This document shows, one piece after another, positions 15,689 through 27,999 of a stretch of 64,000 nucleotides of DNA. The notes below the pieces were generated by a model that had not been told where the DNA came from, did no database searches, and worked only from the letters and a program-made list of their open reading frames with translations. A program made the translations under genes and the position numbers. The stretch's first letter is position 1; each line of letters begins with the position of its first letter. The DNA is from Azolla caroliniana (taxonomy: Eukaryota; Plantae; Polypodiophyta): assembly GCA_043228905.1 (NCBI GenBank), contig JBHGNT010000013.1, forward strand, positions 14,508,001 to 14,572,000, read 5' to 3'.

Positions 15689-18600
15689 TTTGGCAAATAA
15701 CTTCGTTCACTAACTTGGTTTGCCACATAGATTGAAGTTCATTGGACCATAGACAATGTTTTCACTTAAAATGTGAGTCTTGAATTTCTGAGTATAAACG
15801 AATGCAGTTTAATGAATCAATCAAATATTAACACTTACCAACAAACGCTTAGGTTCAAGAATACTGTTGAGTCTTTCAAGAACACTATCATCTGCAAGTG
15901 ATATCTCATCTACCAGAAAAAGATCACCCTTTCTCATGGCTTCTACAAGTGGTCCATCTTGCCATACAAATAGTGCTTTCCATTCAGCATAAAGTATTTG
16001 AAGTTCCTTCTGAACAGACATTAAAAATCTTAATTCTCCATCTGTGCTGTCGTTCGCATTCAGCAATGGTGTTTTCAATCTCCCAATTGTTTTCTCAATC
16101 GATGATATTGTCATTTCTGCATCTTCTATATTATTGGAGAGCTGTGTGAACAAACATCATGATCAGTCAGAGGTCAGATCAACAATTCGTTCAAGTGTAT
16201 GGCTTACACTTGTTGTTATGACAGAAATCATGAAAGCACTAACTTTATCTTGATGGTGCTCAAATAAAATATGAGAAGCGTTGAGCCTATCAACGGTTAA
16301 TTCAAATTTCAAAGAAATATTGTCTCTTTCACGAATAGGTCGGAATCCCTGAAAAATATCAGCTATTAGTTGTGCCAATATATCACACAAAACAGTTACG
16401 CTACTAAACATGGTCACACATACACCAAGAAAGTCTGCAGTCTCCGTGTGTTGATGACAATTCAAAATATGCAAACTTTGTCCATGGATCATTGCCAACA
16501 ACTGACATACTGTAGTCTTTCCACAACCAGTCTCTCCAATTAAGAGCATCGGTTCCTTGTGCTTATAACAATGCTCTACAAGGCTAAAGAGACGCTTCAT
16601 AGAATTTGTCCAGACTATCCTGTTGAAAGAGAGAAACCCATGAGTTTCAATGTGGATATGCTTCAAATGGCACTCTTATATAGAAAGAAAGAAAGATATA
16701 TTAACGTCTTTTATAGAGAACCAAAAAGAAGAAAGCCTTGAAGGCAGGGATTAAAAGCTGATCCATCATAATCATTACAATCAGCTTCATGGGTGCACTT
16801 AGGCACATGCATAAAAATAAATAAGGGTGATTAATGCAAATAAATAAGGGTGTTTACTTTCCAAGAGCCGCAGCAGTGGGATTTATCTCCAGCTGTCTCT
16901 GCACTTCAGGAATGAGTGACTTTGATGACAACTGTATAAAAAACCTCAAGAGTGTTAAAACTACTTTTTTCAACTGTATTATCTTTTTTACTTTGCTATG
17001 GGAATAAAAAGCTAAGGATATACATAGTGTGCTGACTTACTTCAGCATACAGCATGCTGATGTCAATCTTGACTCTCAAATTCTTTTCCAATGATTCCAT
17101 GACAATCTGCCTCTCATTTGGTTCTCGTAATCTTTCAGCAAGGAGCACATATCCAACTTTTGCTAAATCTTCATAGGATATACCATCTTTCCTGTATCGA
17201 TCTGCCCATCTGAATAGATCACGAGGTGTAATAAATCCATGTTTCCCAGCAAATGCTTGACTCGCTTGCCTGTTTCTTTGCAAATCTATCATAACAGCAA
17301 CCATCTTATCTGCATAACTTTTAGGAACCTCACAGCGTTTCTCCAAAATACTGCATAGTTCCTTTTCGGGTATATCATCCACATGTAGCTCAAGAAAGCG
17401 ATTTCGAAATGCACGAGACAAGACCTTGCGACCTCCATAAGCACCAGGAGGATTCTGTGTAGCAAAGAGCATAAAATGGGGATGTGGTTTTATAACTATC
17501 TGAAGTTCTGGTACAAACAGCTCTCGATTATCATCTAACAAACGATTTAACGCTTCGAGAACTTCCGAAGGTGCAAGGTTTAGTTCATCCAAAACTATCC
17601 AGTACCCATTGCGCACAGCCTCCACTAAAATTCCTTCTTGAAAGACCAGTTTACCAGATGACCCAGTAACATAGGCCCCAAGGTATTCTTGCAAATCTGT
17701 GTGCTCATGATTGTTTATTCTAACAAAGCGATGGCATGTTACAGTTGCAAGGTATTCTATTAAGCTTGTTTTACCACTTGAAGTGGGTCCTTGTAGTAAA
17801 ACAGGATATTTACGAATAAAAACTGCCTTAGAAATATTTTGCAAGTGCTCCCTTCTACTTTGTGTCACAACATATCTTTGTGTGAACTCTAAACACAACT
17901 CAGATGCCTCAACATCACCTTTTTCTAGCCAAAAATGTTCAAATTGTACATGATTATGACTTGGCTGAGATGGAACTTTGGCCAATAAGCTCTTGGTTTT
18001 AGGATCAACGCCAATTTTTTTCATTAATTGGGAGAAAATCAAATTTTCCATTACGATTCTGCTTGGCGGATCAAGTAAAGTGAGAAAAGTCATACAGATG
18101 CCATCATACAATGCTCTTGCAAACCCATAAAGCGGCATTGCAACTTGTGCGTATTCTAATGCTCGTGCAAGAGATCGCAAACTGTATTTAGGCTTTTGGT
18201 TTGCACTGTCAAACAGTCTTGTCTCCGCTTCTTGCTGAGCTTGCTGATAGAAATCCACAATAGCTGCAACCGGAGGAGAAGGCATAAAAGCGCCAAGATA
18301 TTGGAATACAAATGTCTGCAAATCTTCAGTGGCTGTTACTTCGTCAATGTAGAATTCAGTAAAACGATTTTTCAATGAAAGAGGAAGATCATGCTTCCCA
18401 ACATCTGTGGCAGGATTCATGCATGCAAATACTTGAAAATCAGGATGCCGAGGAATGACTTCAATATCCCCACGCTCTGTCAGACTCAGTGATCCATGGT
18501 CCCCTTCCAGAACTCCTGTAAGTCTTTCCAAAGTCTCGATGGGTGCCAAATTCACCTCATCTAACAGGATCCAATGTCCATACCTTAATGCCTTCACAAA

Positions 18601-21600
18601 AGCTCCTTCAATAAAGGAGAATGCAAATGTACTTTCAGCGGCAGCTACCTGACGCTTGCATTTCTCCAGCTCTGCAGAAAATTGTCGCCATTCTTGCATA
18701 AGCTCTTTACTTAACAGGCGCTTTCTCTTAGACTTTGGTTGTGATGCAGTATCAGAGATCGTACTAATAGATCCTTCCACACTGAATATCCCTAATAGAC
18801 TCTCAACTTTCGTAACAGCTGACCCAAACGCCATCAGCAATTTCTTAAACTTCTTTTTAGCAGCGAATTGATGGATTCTCGCAACAAATTCCAAGTTATT
18901 CTGTGCAGTCAAAGGCATAGAATACTTTAGAAACCAGTTAATGAAGCAGAATATCAAAATTCAACAGACATCTGAAGAACCTGTGATGGAAAGGTACGGA
19001 GAAAGAGATTGTGAAACTTCTCTAGTAAACACATGCACATATGGTGAGCTTCCACTGGCTTAAAGCCCCCTATAAAATCTGCAGTGTCACTCTGCTGGCT
19101 CAAATTCTGTGATCCAAATAACACTCTTAGCTTCCTGATCAAATGCAGCAGTCTAGAAAAAATAACAGGGTTCAGTCAAATCTCAGGGGTCATAACAGTA
19201 ACAAGGACAGATTGCACACCATCACTGTCAAAGGCATGGAAATCTGCTCAGCCAAATGTTGCACAAGAGTTGTCTTCCCAGTGCCAGTTTCACCAACTAG
19301 TAGTATTGGTTCCTTCTGCTGAACACATACTGCAATACGCTCCAAATTTCTCATAGCATGACCAGTGCATGCAAATAATCTATGTGAAGCTCGAATTTCC
19401 TGCAAGAATTCGGCAAAATATAATGCTCAAAAAGTTAACAGAGCTGAACTGTTGGACTATCATGCCTTTTACGATGCATTACTGAACCTTTAATATGGAA
19501 TTATTGATCATGACCTTACTAATAGCTTCTATTCTCCCCTCAAACATAGCCACAGAAATATGCCTCTGTAATATTCCTTCTGTTACTTCTGCCTATCTTA
19601 TCAAAATGTGATTAATATACTAATAGTTTCAATATCTTCTCTCTCAATGCCACAGGGATATTCCTTCATCATTTCATTTTTGTTTCTTCTACTTCTCAAA
19701 CGGTCTTTGATAAATTTATGACAGTTTCTAATGAGCAAACAGTAAATACAATTCGACATACTTTGTGTGGATGCAAGGGTAAGCAAACCCTGCCAATCTG
19801 AACTCCACACGAAGACACCTGTAGCATAAATTTCACATCGTCCATAAAATTGCATTTGAAATCTAGTTTGCTCTAAATATGGCTTTGTAAAGAGTAAAAA
19901 ATAGATGAATAAAGATAAAACCACTTTGACAAATTAAGCACAAGTATATAAAACATTGAACGACCTGCAATATTGGCTTGTTCAAAGTTTCAAAATAATT
20001 AACTTGTTCTTCACTGACACCCCACATTTTTCCAATACTTTCCATAACAAAACGACGGTTTTTACAGTCTTGAATGAACCCAGAAAAGCAATCTACTGCC
20101 TGTCAATGACACGATATTAAGTTAATTTTCATCAAACATCATAAGATTACTTCAGCTTTCACCTACAAATATGAAGGATTTCACTGACCTCTATGTAGAT
20201 AACCTCATGTAATGCAATTTGGTTATTCGCTCCAAAATCTCTTAAATTGTTCAGCCTTTTACACCATTTTAGTAGATCTCTGTTTACATATAAAAACCAA
20301 TGTCGGTGCATTCAATGTCCACAATTTTTACTTAAAAGTGAGATCAAATGTAAGACAGACCTTGTTGAAAATTGTCGCCCAAACCATATCTGTTTGGCAG
20401 AGAGATTAACAGGAGTGAGTATTTGTGACGAAATGCTATCCATCATTTTCGATGTTCCTAAATCAACAATATAATCCCTAAAGATCAATCATAAGAATGC
20501 TGAGAGGATACAATCATACGCTAAACCAATGTAAAACCTACTTAATTCACAAAATATAAAGAATTGTTTGGTGCAGTAGAAAATAATAAGGTTTATCTCA
20601 ACCTATAGATAAAGTGTATCCTATCTAAAAAGATGAAATAGAAGAAGAAAGAAGCACTGCTCTGACTGATGCATATCGTGCACATTAAGCAAAAAGACGG
20701 GCAAGCAGCACATATGTACCTATCAACTTTGGGAGAAGGGGTTTCAATGATGGAAACTGTGATGCAATTATTGCAGCCAGCTCTTCATCATTAGGAGCAG
20801 GAATCACAATTCTCCTCCACAACTTATTCAAAATATTGTTTCCTATGTATCAATGAACCAGTAAAAGTTAGTCTACAAAATAAACGCAAAAATGACAAAT
20901 CGCAGTGTATCAATGAACCTGGTAGATGGCTTGAATGGTTTGAATCTGATCTTGATACAGTTGCTAGAAGTTGGAAACCCTCAGTTGCCTCAACAGTCTG
21001 AAATATGAGTACAAAACTGTCAAACAATACATATATGATAGTTGGCTCAACATACTTTCTTTAGAGTCAAACAATATATACACAAAAGCATGTTCCATGA
21101 GAGCGCACCTCTGCAAAACCAGGTATGTACAGTTTCCGGTCTTCAAGTAACGGCACAAGAGCAGAAAGAACCTCAAAAGGAGCTCTGTCAACATCTTCAA
21201 ACACCACCCAAAGACCTTGCAGCACAGCCTAGACGTTTTTCCATGAAAGTGAAGAGGATTAAACAAAAGAATTATGGCACTGAGCGTTTAAAATATTTAA
21301 TTAAAGATAACAATAACTCCACCTGTGTGAGGGCACCAGGTTGCCATCGGAACTCTCCTGGAACCTCTGTACAAACATAAGTACCAAGCAAAGTCTTGCA
21401 GTCCACTTGTTCATCTAAGTGAATATGTACAGCATCTGTAAATTTTTAAAATTAATAGGTAAGCCAAGATAGATATAGTTTCCAGAAAACAGTATTCATT
21501 CGGTAAATCCAATCATCAATAGAAACATAAAAAAATTAAGTACTGCAGAGCAAAGAACGTTACAAGTACTATAAACATAAATTCTATCACAGCAGAATAT

Positions 21601-24600
21601 GCATACAAGAATTGATTGATCTCTATATGATTTACCAGAATTTCCTGTAAGTCGCCCAAACTCCTCAATTATAGAAGTTTTCCCACAACCTGGAGGACCT
21701 TCTAGTAACACGGGCTCTTGGCAGCTAATAGCTAATGCCAAAGCTTTCAAACTCCCCTTCAAGTTTGCACTGATGAGAAATGACTTACTAAAAGATGGCA
21801 GCAAACTGCATAATGCTGAATGTTAGAGGACCCACACTGATAAGTAAAACTAAATTGAAAACTTATGTCAATAGCAAGTTTATCATGCGGCCATTGTTGT
21901 AGAATACTTAGCATAGAATAAGCGTAGAATACATATGCTAAGTATTCTATCTTTTTTAAAAATACTTAGAAAACATATTCCATAGATCAAATACGTGAAA
22001 TACATAGAATACATGTAAAATAATTGAAATACGTAGAATAAATGTGAAATATGTTAAATACTTCTTAGATTTTAAAGCTAAAAAAAAAGTAAGTTTTTTT
22101 TAACTTTTTGGAAACATTAAATGCTTGTTAAATATGTAGAATATGTTGAAGATTTAGAATACGTGAAATAATATAAAATGGCAGTTCTAAAATGTTGAAT
22201 ACATGTAGAATACTTCAGAGTATTCTAAAATGTATTCTAAACATAGAATGTGTGCTTTTTAACAACTACGAATGCAGCAAAGTTGGCCACTAAGTACTTT
22301 GATCCTAAGCAGAGACACTGCCACTTCAGGTGGACTTCTGTTGAGAAAATGAGCATATTCATTACTTGCCTCTCTTTATTTATCATCTTCTTCTTGATAG
22401 GTAGCTCCACCCCAAAGATTTCCACATGAGAAATCTGATTTGGCATTTCAAATCTCCATTTCACTAATTGTTCATCATCCTGTCTACTCTTCAATGCCTC
22501 ATCAACTGAAGATAAGGATGGTGGCACAAACCAACCAGCCTTTTCTACAATGATCTCTTGGCAAAATTCCTCCCACCTAAAAATGGAAAATTTCATGACA
22601 CATCAAAAAATAAGAAATATGAAACAAATTCTAATAGATAACTACATTCACGGAGGTCAGAGAAACAAACATACAGAGAAGGGAGAGATGAAAAAAGAAC
22701 AGCTCACATGACATATTTACCAAATATGGGAACATTTTAGAATAGTGCAGCCATAAGAAATAAAATACATTACCTCAACAAGCAAGCAAAGGTCATCTCT
22801 TCTGTCATACATGATACTTTCAAGCTGACTCTACGAGTAGCTTCGTCACTCAATCTGAGTACCAATGAAAGAATTTGCACAGCACACCATCTGACATCTA
22901 TGCTATCTTGGTTAAGTTCGTAATCTGAAAGCTCTTTGTACATCAGCAAGTCAAGAAAAGGGCTCCAATCCCAGAGACACTCAAACGAAGCAGATTCCAA
23001 TTGGATGAATCGATATGAGGCTCTCACAACATCCAGTAGGTGTAACTTTGACTGCAATTTAGTAACCAATGCAGATTCTTGGAACTCAGCATCCAGAAAA
23101 TACTCATATAATGGGCCTCTAGACAAAAAGAACGGGAGGCTTTTTTTACCTTCCAATTTGAAGGATCACTGCAGAAAAGACGTTCAAATGGAGGAGGTGC
23201 AAACAAAAAGTATTGGAGGATTGAACTGTCAAAATAAATAAGGGGCAAACAATTGTTATCTGGCAATTAGGTGTTTAACTTCTGAAATTCGATGGTATGT
23301 ATATCACAATTAATTATTTCTGCAACATATCATTCCATTGATAAATCGCTTGTTTACCTTCCTAACTTTGATATATATACACCACAATTAATTATGTATA
23401 CAATATATCATTCCATCAGTAAACTTAGTGTCAATCAAAACTACAAAAACAAATGTGTGCTGATTAATGCATCAAAATGTTTTATTACACCGTATACAAC
23501 TAGGACTCCCTAAAATTTGGCAATGGGATGCTAAGTGATGAGTCAAAACGATATTGTACAGTTCAGTGTTAGATATTGTTGAGACTGGTTAGGCAGTATG
23601 ATGGTAACAATCAATATGTTAGTGTTTACCTTATCTTTAAAATATATCCAATAATACATTGAAATAATGCCATATTTGATGATCAAGTACACACTCTATT
23701 CTTGATAGTCTTGCAGTATCAATGACTAGAAAGTTAGAGCTAGCTTACATTAAATTGGTCAGAAGGGAGTATATCAACTTGTCCCAACAGAAGCCTTCCA
23801 ATAACAACATGCATAAAGCAACCATACAATATTTTTACGGCCAACCTCTGAACAATTCTATTAATTATCTACATTTTGTATTCATTAGCCATCCATCTTG
23901 TCTGTTATACGAAGACAGTGGAAAGTATAGTCTCATGGATTCAATAGCCAAAGGCCGTAAGACAGTGGATGTATCGTGGATTCGATAGCCAATGGCCATA
24001 AAATCTATATTAAGATAGTCTGTCTTAGTTATAGCAACCTAACTATTTGATATGAGAAAAAAGTTCTCTTTCGAGAGTGGGTGAATGTTGTAGACCTATC
24101 ATCATAAAAAAGAAACTAAAGCCATATAAGATCACAATAACATATGAATAGGCATGTATGCAATGCCTGCAGATTTCTTGACACCACTTTACATGAGATT
24201 CTCTTACTTCACTAATAAAGCTGCAGCTCCTCTATTGACATTAAGTTTTAAAACACAATGATGTAATGGTTGCGAAACTAACCTCAATAAGTGTGGTGCT
24301 AATTCCAAAATTCGACTGAATGCCACAACAACATACTCATGAATGTAAATATTCCATGAGTCCACGGACAATGCATCTTCACCGAAAATGTCTTGGATAG
24401 ATTCCATTGTCCTACGGCTGTACCGTTCACGCATAGTGTCAACAACATTTCTTACAATTTGTGGTAAAGAATGCCGAAAGCATCCAGCTACAGCTACGGT
24501 AATATCAGGTCTTAGCAACATATGCCCACAAATGCTTATAATGTCCTCATCCTTCACATTCATTCCCTGATAGACCAACAATAAATTGCGCATATTGGAA

Positions 24601-24797
24601 TACGAAAAAAGGAGTTATACAATTCATTTTTTACACATGGAGTAATTAGCTTCTTCGGGCATCATCATCGCCACAAATATGAATGATGCGATATGATTTA
24701 CCTGTGATAGCAATGCACTTATAGATTGGTCTTCATTCAAAGCTGGATAACGTGAAACGAGCCTCATCAAGGCTACACAATTCTGATTTTCTTCCAT
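1..24797 (-). CDS. MDN1: Midasin (MDN1/Rea1) dynein-related AAA+ ATPase for 60S maturation; multi-exon, C-terminal part (including the MIDAS domain) lies beyond the left edge
   Basis: Serial AAA modules in exon ORFs: Walker A motifs GPPGCGKT (21496-21804), GETGTGKT (19190-19405), GPTSSGKT (16996-18957), GETGCGKT (16163-16666), GSPGVGKT (~13975-14010) and GPAACGKT (10668-11627); Walker B motifs LLDEVNLA, VLDELNLA and LVDEISLA; NPxxxxGRKxLSRAFRNRF-type motifs. N-terminus MEENQNCVALMRLVSRYPAL...LLRPDITVAVAGCF resembles plant midasin. Exon phases checked by hand at many junctions are consistent. Confidence 0.97.
2575..4190. mobile_element. Degenerate non-LTR retrotransposon (RTE/RTEX-like) fragments in an MDN1 intron
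   Basis: Plus-strand RT remnants YVDFRKAF-like, IGVKQGCPLSPNLFGLYID and ILLYTDDIVL (~3050-3405) with frameshifts. 4020-4190 resembles 44600-44780. Outer boundaries approximate. Confidence 0.7.
8142..8387. mobile_element. hAT-type MITE (246 bp) in an MDN1 intron
   Basis: 8-bp direct repeat AGCCAAAC at 8134-8141 and 8388-8395 flanks imperfect TIRs CATAGCACG...CATACTATG. No ORF. Confidence 0.8.
13007..13487. repeat. Tandem duplication (~244-bp period) in an MDN1 intron, probably of a LINE remnant
   Basis: CCCATTTTATA..CTATTTGTTACAAAACCCACTC...TATGAAAAG..CAACCTCTACA occurs twice (CTATTTGTTA at 13021 and 13265) at high identity. Confidence 0.9.
15619..15695. repeat. Palindrome around a (TA)n/(TAT)n microsatellite
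   Basis: TGCCAAAGAAATTGAATATATA and TATATATTCAATTTCTTTGGCA are exact reverse complements. Confidence 0.9.
21891..22270. repeat. AT-rich intronic element of TAGAATAC/GTATTCTA motifs; possible old MITE
   Basis: Many TAGAATAC(A/T/G) units in both orientations. Termini and TSD are degraded (CATGCGGC vs AATGCAGC). Confidence 0.4.
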
Positions 24798-25177
24798 TGG
24801 AATGTTTGATTCCTTCAAATATTTAAGAATTGAATCAGTGAAAACAAAATGCAAAAGCAGCAGATAGGTATCGTAACAGTAGGCTAAATTCGACAAAGAA
24901 TTTTATGAAATTTCAAGAATCGATAGATTGTCCAAGACTTATACTCAGTAAAAAAATGAACATATTCAACGTAGCTCTAGTGTTAAAATAACAGGAACAA
25001 TAACAAGGCGAAAATGAGAAATTTAGGGTTGACTGACCTAGTTTCCGGGAGATACTTCGACTGAGCAACAGCAGATAAAATTTGCAGTTTACGAAGATTG
25101 CAGATGGGGAGATAAACAGGGTTTCCGGACAACGGAAGGTGCAGGCCAAGGAAAGGGTCGCTGCGGAAACCCTTGCA

Positions 25178-25186
25178 AAACCCTAA
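25178..25186. promoter_or_regulatory. Telo-box (AAACCCTAA) at the presumed MDN1 transcription start region
   Basis: AAACCCTAA lies ~380 bp upstream of the ATG. A likely 5'UTR intron donor (AG|GTCAGT, minus strand) is near 25037. Telo-boxes are typical of plant ribosome-biogenesis genes. Confidence 0.6.
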
Positions 25187-25310
25187 AACCCAATCGCGTA
25201 TTAAGGGAGGGGGCGATGGAGGGGGTATAGTTTACAAAAAGGGGCCTCTCTTTCTCAGGTATTATTATTACTATTATTATTAGTATTAGTATTAGTATTA
25301 GTATTAGTAT

Positions 25311-27014
25311 TGTGGTGTGCATGTGTTCCTTTGTGCCACCCTTTTAGCTCACCCTTTTTAGGATGTGTGTGCTCAAGTTGACCCACCCTTTTAGCGCACC
25401 ATGTTTAACCAAGCCAACCCAAATGGGTTCCGTTGTATCAACTATAAATTGATTAAGAAGTAAGAGGCGAAGTAGACTGGTTTTGATCTATTATGTGCAT
25501 TTCACATCTTCGTGGAGATGACGGGTACCAGTCCCCCACATCCAAACATCCGCCTCTTCCGCTTCGTAGGTAGCATCGCCCTCACCACCATCACCGACAC
25601 TCTTGTTAGTCTCTTGTAGTAGTATCTCTTCTATTAGCACCGCCTTAGTTCACTAGTTAGGCCTCCCGATATCCACCGCTTCCTCCATCCAAATCATTTT
25701 TTGGCGATCGCCATCTATACCTCTCTAGCACGTAAGCCCACTACACCTTCACCTTAGACACTCTCACTTTCTCCCACCACTTTTATGTCTTGCCCCACCA
25801 ACTCTTCCCCCTCACCTTAGGTTGCCCACTAACTTCATGTCCCATGAGTTTCTCCGATCCCCCTCCTACACGATAACCCTCCTAACCCCCACCTCAGCCA
25901 AGTCCAGGTGGCCCTTAGACCACAAGAGTGATTGATCTTTTTTTGCCAAATGATCTTTTCCCCGATCCCCCTCTGACACGATAGCCCTCCTGTCCCCCAC
26001 CTCAGCCAAGTCCAGGTGGCCCTCAGTCCATAGGAACGATTGATCTTCGCCGCCATATGATCTTTCCTCGATCCCCCTCCGACACGATAGCCCTCCTGTC
26101 CCCCACCTCAGCAAAGTCCAGTTGGCCCTCAGTCCACAGGAGTGATTGATCTCTATTCGCCGATTGCTAGTTCGTTTTCCGTCACTAGCCTCGTCCAACT
26201 ATCAAGGCCAACATTTCCACGGGGATGTCCTCAACTTCGTTGCAACTCAACTACGTGTCCATAGATGTTTACATCCCCACGCCATCTTCACCAAACGCCT
26301 CAACAAGACCCTCAAACACGAGATGGCTACATAAATCAACCCTTTTCGAGCACTCTATGGGCGTAATCCTCGCCTCGCACTAGAATTATCGATGGATTTC
26401 CATTTGAAACCTGTTATAAGATGCTCCCCCTCCTTCGACAAGCCATTGTTCTTGTTCTTGTTCGTTTTTCGTCACTAGCCTCGTCCAACTATCAAGGCCA
26501 ACATTTCCACGGGGATGTCCTCAACTTCGTTGCAACTCAACTACGTGTCCATAGATGTTTACATCCCCACGCCATCTTCACCGAACGCCTCAACAAGACC
26601 CTCAAACACGAGATGGCTGCATAAATCAACCCTTTTCGAGCACTCTATGGGCGTAATCCTCGCCTCGCACTAGAATTATCGATGGATTTCCATTTGAAAC
26701 CTGTTATAAGATGCTCCCCCTCCTTCGACAAGCCATTGTTCTTGTTCTTGTTCTTGTTCATGTACATGTCCTGTTCTTGTTCATGCCCCTCAATCTCTTG
26801 TTTCTCACAGGGGGGAAATGTGGTGTGCATGTGTTCCTTTGTGCCACCCTTTTAGCTCACCCTTTTTAGGATGTGTGTGCTCAAATTGACCCACCCTTTT
26901 AGCACACCATGTTTAGCCAAGCCAACCCAAATGGGTTTCGTTGTATCAACTATAAATTGATTAAGAAGTAAGAAGCGAAGTAGACTGGTTTTGATCTCTT
27001 ATGTGCATTTCACA
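25311..27014 (+). mobile_element. Small non-autonomous LTR retrotransposon (TRIM-like, Gypsy-derived), 1704 bp
   Basis: 196-bp LTRs at 25311-25506 and 26819-27014 (TG...CA, ~6 mismatches). PBS-like TCGTGGAGATGACGGG at 25510-25525; G-rich PPT directly before the 3' LTR; 4-bp TSD GTAT. Internal integrase remnant QGQHF...ERLNKTLKH...PFRALYGRNPRL. Confidence 0.92.
25849..26760 (+). repeat. Internal repeats of the small LTR element: 3 x ~107 bp, then 2 x 290 bp
   Basis: CGATCCCC..CACGATAGCCCTCC..CCCCCACCTCAGC units near 25855, 25963 and 26069; GTCACTAGCC at 26181 and 26471; ATAAATCAAC at 26331 and 26621. Confidence 0.92.
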
Positions 27015-27999
27015 GTATTATTACCATTACTACTACTACTATCATTGTTACCGAGAAAAACAAAAGATAATAATATTCTGGTGCCCATATCATATTAAAA
27101 GATGATGTATGTATTATGGAAACACATTAGGGTTCCTTGAGGCTTTGCTCTATTCTAGTGCCCATATCATATTAAAAGATGATGTGTTATGGAAACACGT
27201 TATTAGGGTTCATTGAGACTTGCTCGGCACGCGAGTTTGAACTCCTATCATCATGTCTTGTGGCATCTTTCGCCCATCTGGGAGCCATGGCCGTCTATCG
27301 TGAGATTTTGTGCCTTGTCACATGGCATCTTTCGCTACGCATGCCTTATTATGCCTGACAGACGGTGTTACAACACCTTTCCAAGGCACCTTCGAGCCTT
27401 TTGGTTGACTATCAACCAGAAAAGGACTTGGATTCTTTTGATGGGTAAGTGTTGTGACACGCCTTGCGGTCTAGTAGTGACTATTTCTGAATATGTCTAT
27501 TTACAAGAAATGGAAAAACAATCGTTTGTTCTTGTATTGTAATCAGTTTTAATAAAAAAAATTGCTCTTGGGCCAATGCCATAAAAGAATGTGGAATCAG
27601 AAAAGGACCGGGAAAAAGAATTTGATTGATCATAAATGTGAATTATTATTAGCATACATAGAGTGGTAACATGTCATAGATTCAAGTCCCAGTAAATGTA
27701 TGATCATGAAATCCCTCTCCTTTGGCAACAAGCTCCACAAGTTGTAAGGTACAAATGGAGATTTGGCTTATCAAGATATTGCTAATGAAATCATGCTACA
27801 ATAATCACGCACTGGGTATATAACCTAACATGTCAACGTGGTAGTATGACTTGTTGTGCACTATCTTGGGGTTCAAAATAGCTTTCAATTCGATTTATGG
27901 TGCATCAAACAGTTGAAGTGGAGATGTTAAAATGGAGGAATGGACCTTCAAGGTTTCAATACTCATATGTAGAACATGGAGTGAATATATGCATGTAAA

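Noticed and set aside
9096-18957. Large ORFs as separate AAA genes
   Set aside because: They are exons of the single midasin gene, bounded by in-phase splice sites.
25849-26152. CRISPR-like regularly spaced repeats
   Set aside because: The whole ~107-bp unit repeats with no unique spacers, it lies inside an LTR element in a plant genome, and there are no cas genes.
27074-27212. ~60-bp tandem duplication beside the small LTR element
   Set aside because: Real, but outside the TSD and with no evident function.
27655-27700. tRNA/SINE-like B-box (GATTCAAGTCCC)
   Set aside because: No cloverleaf or correctly spaced A-box could be built.
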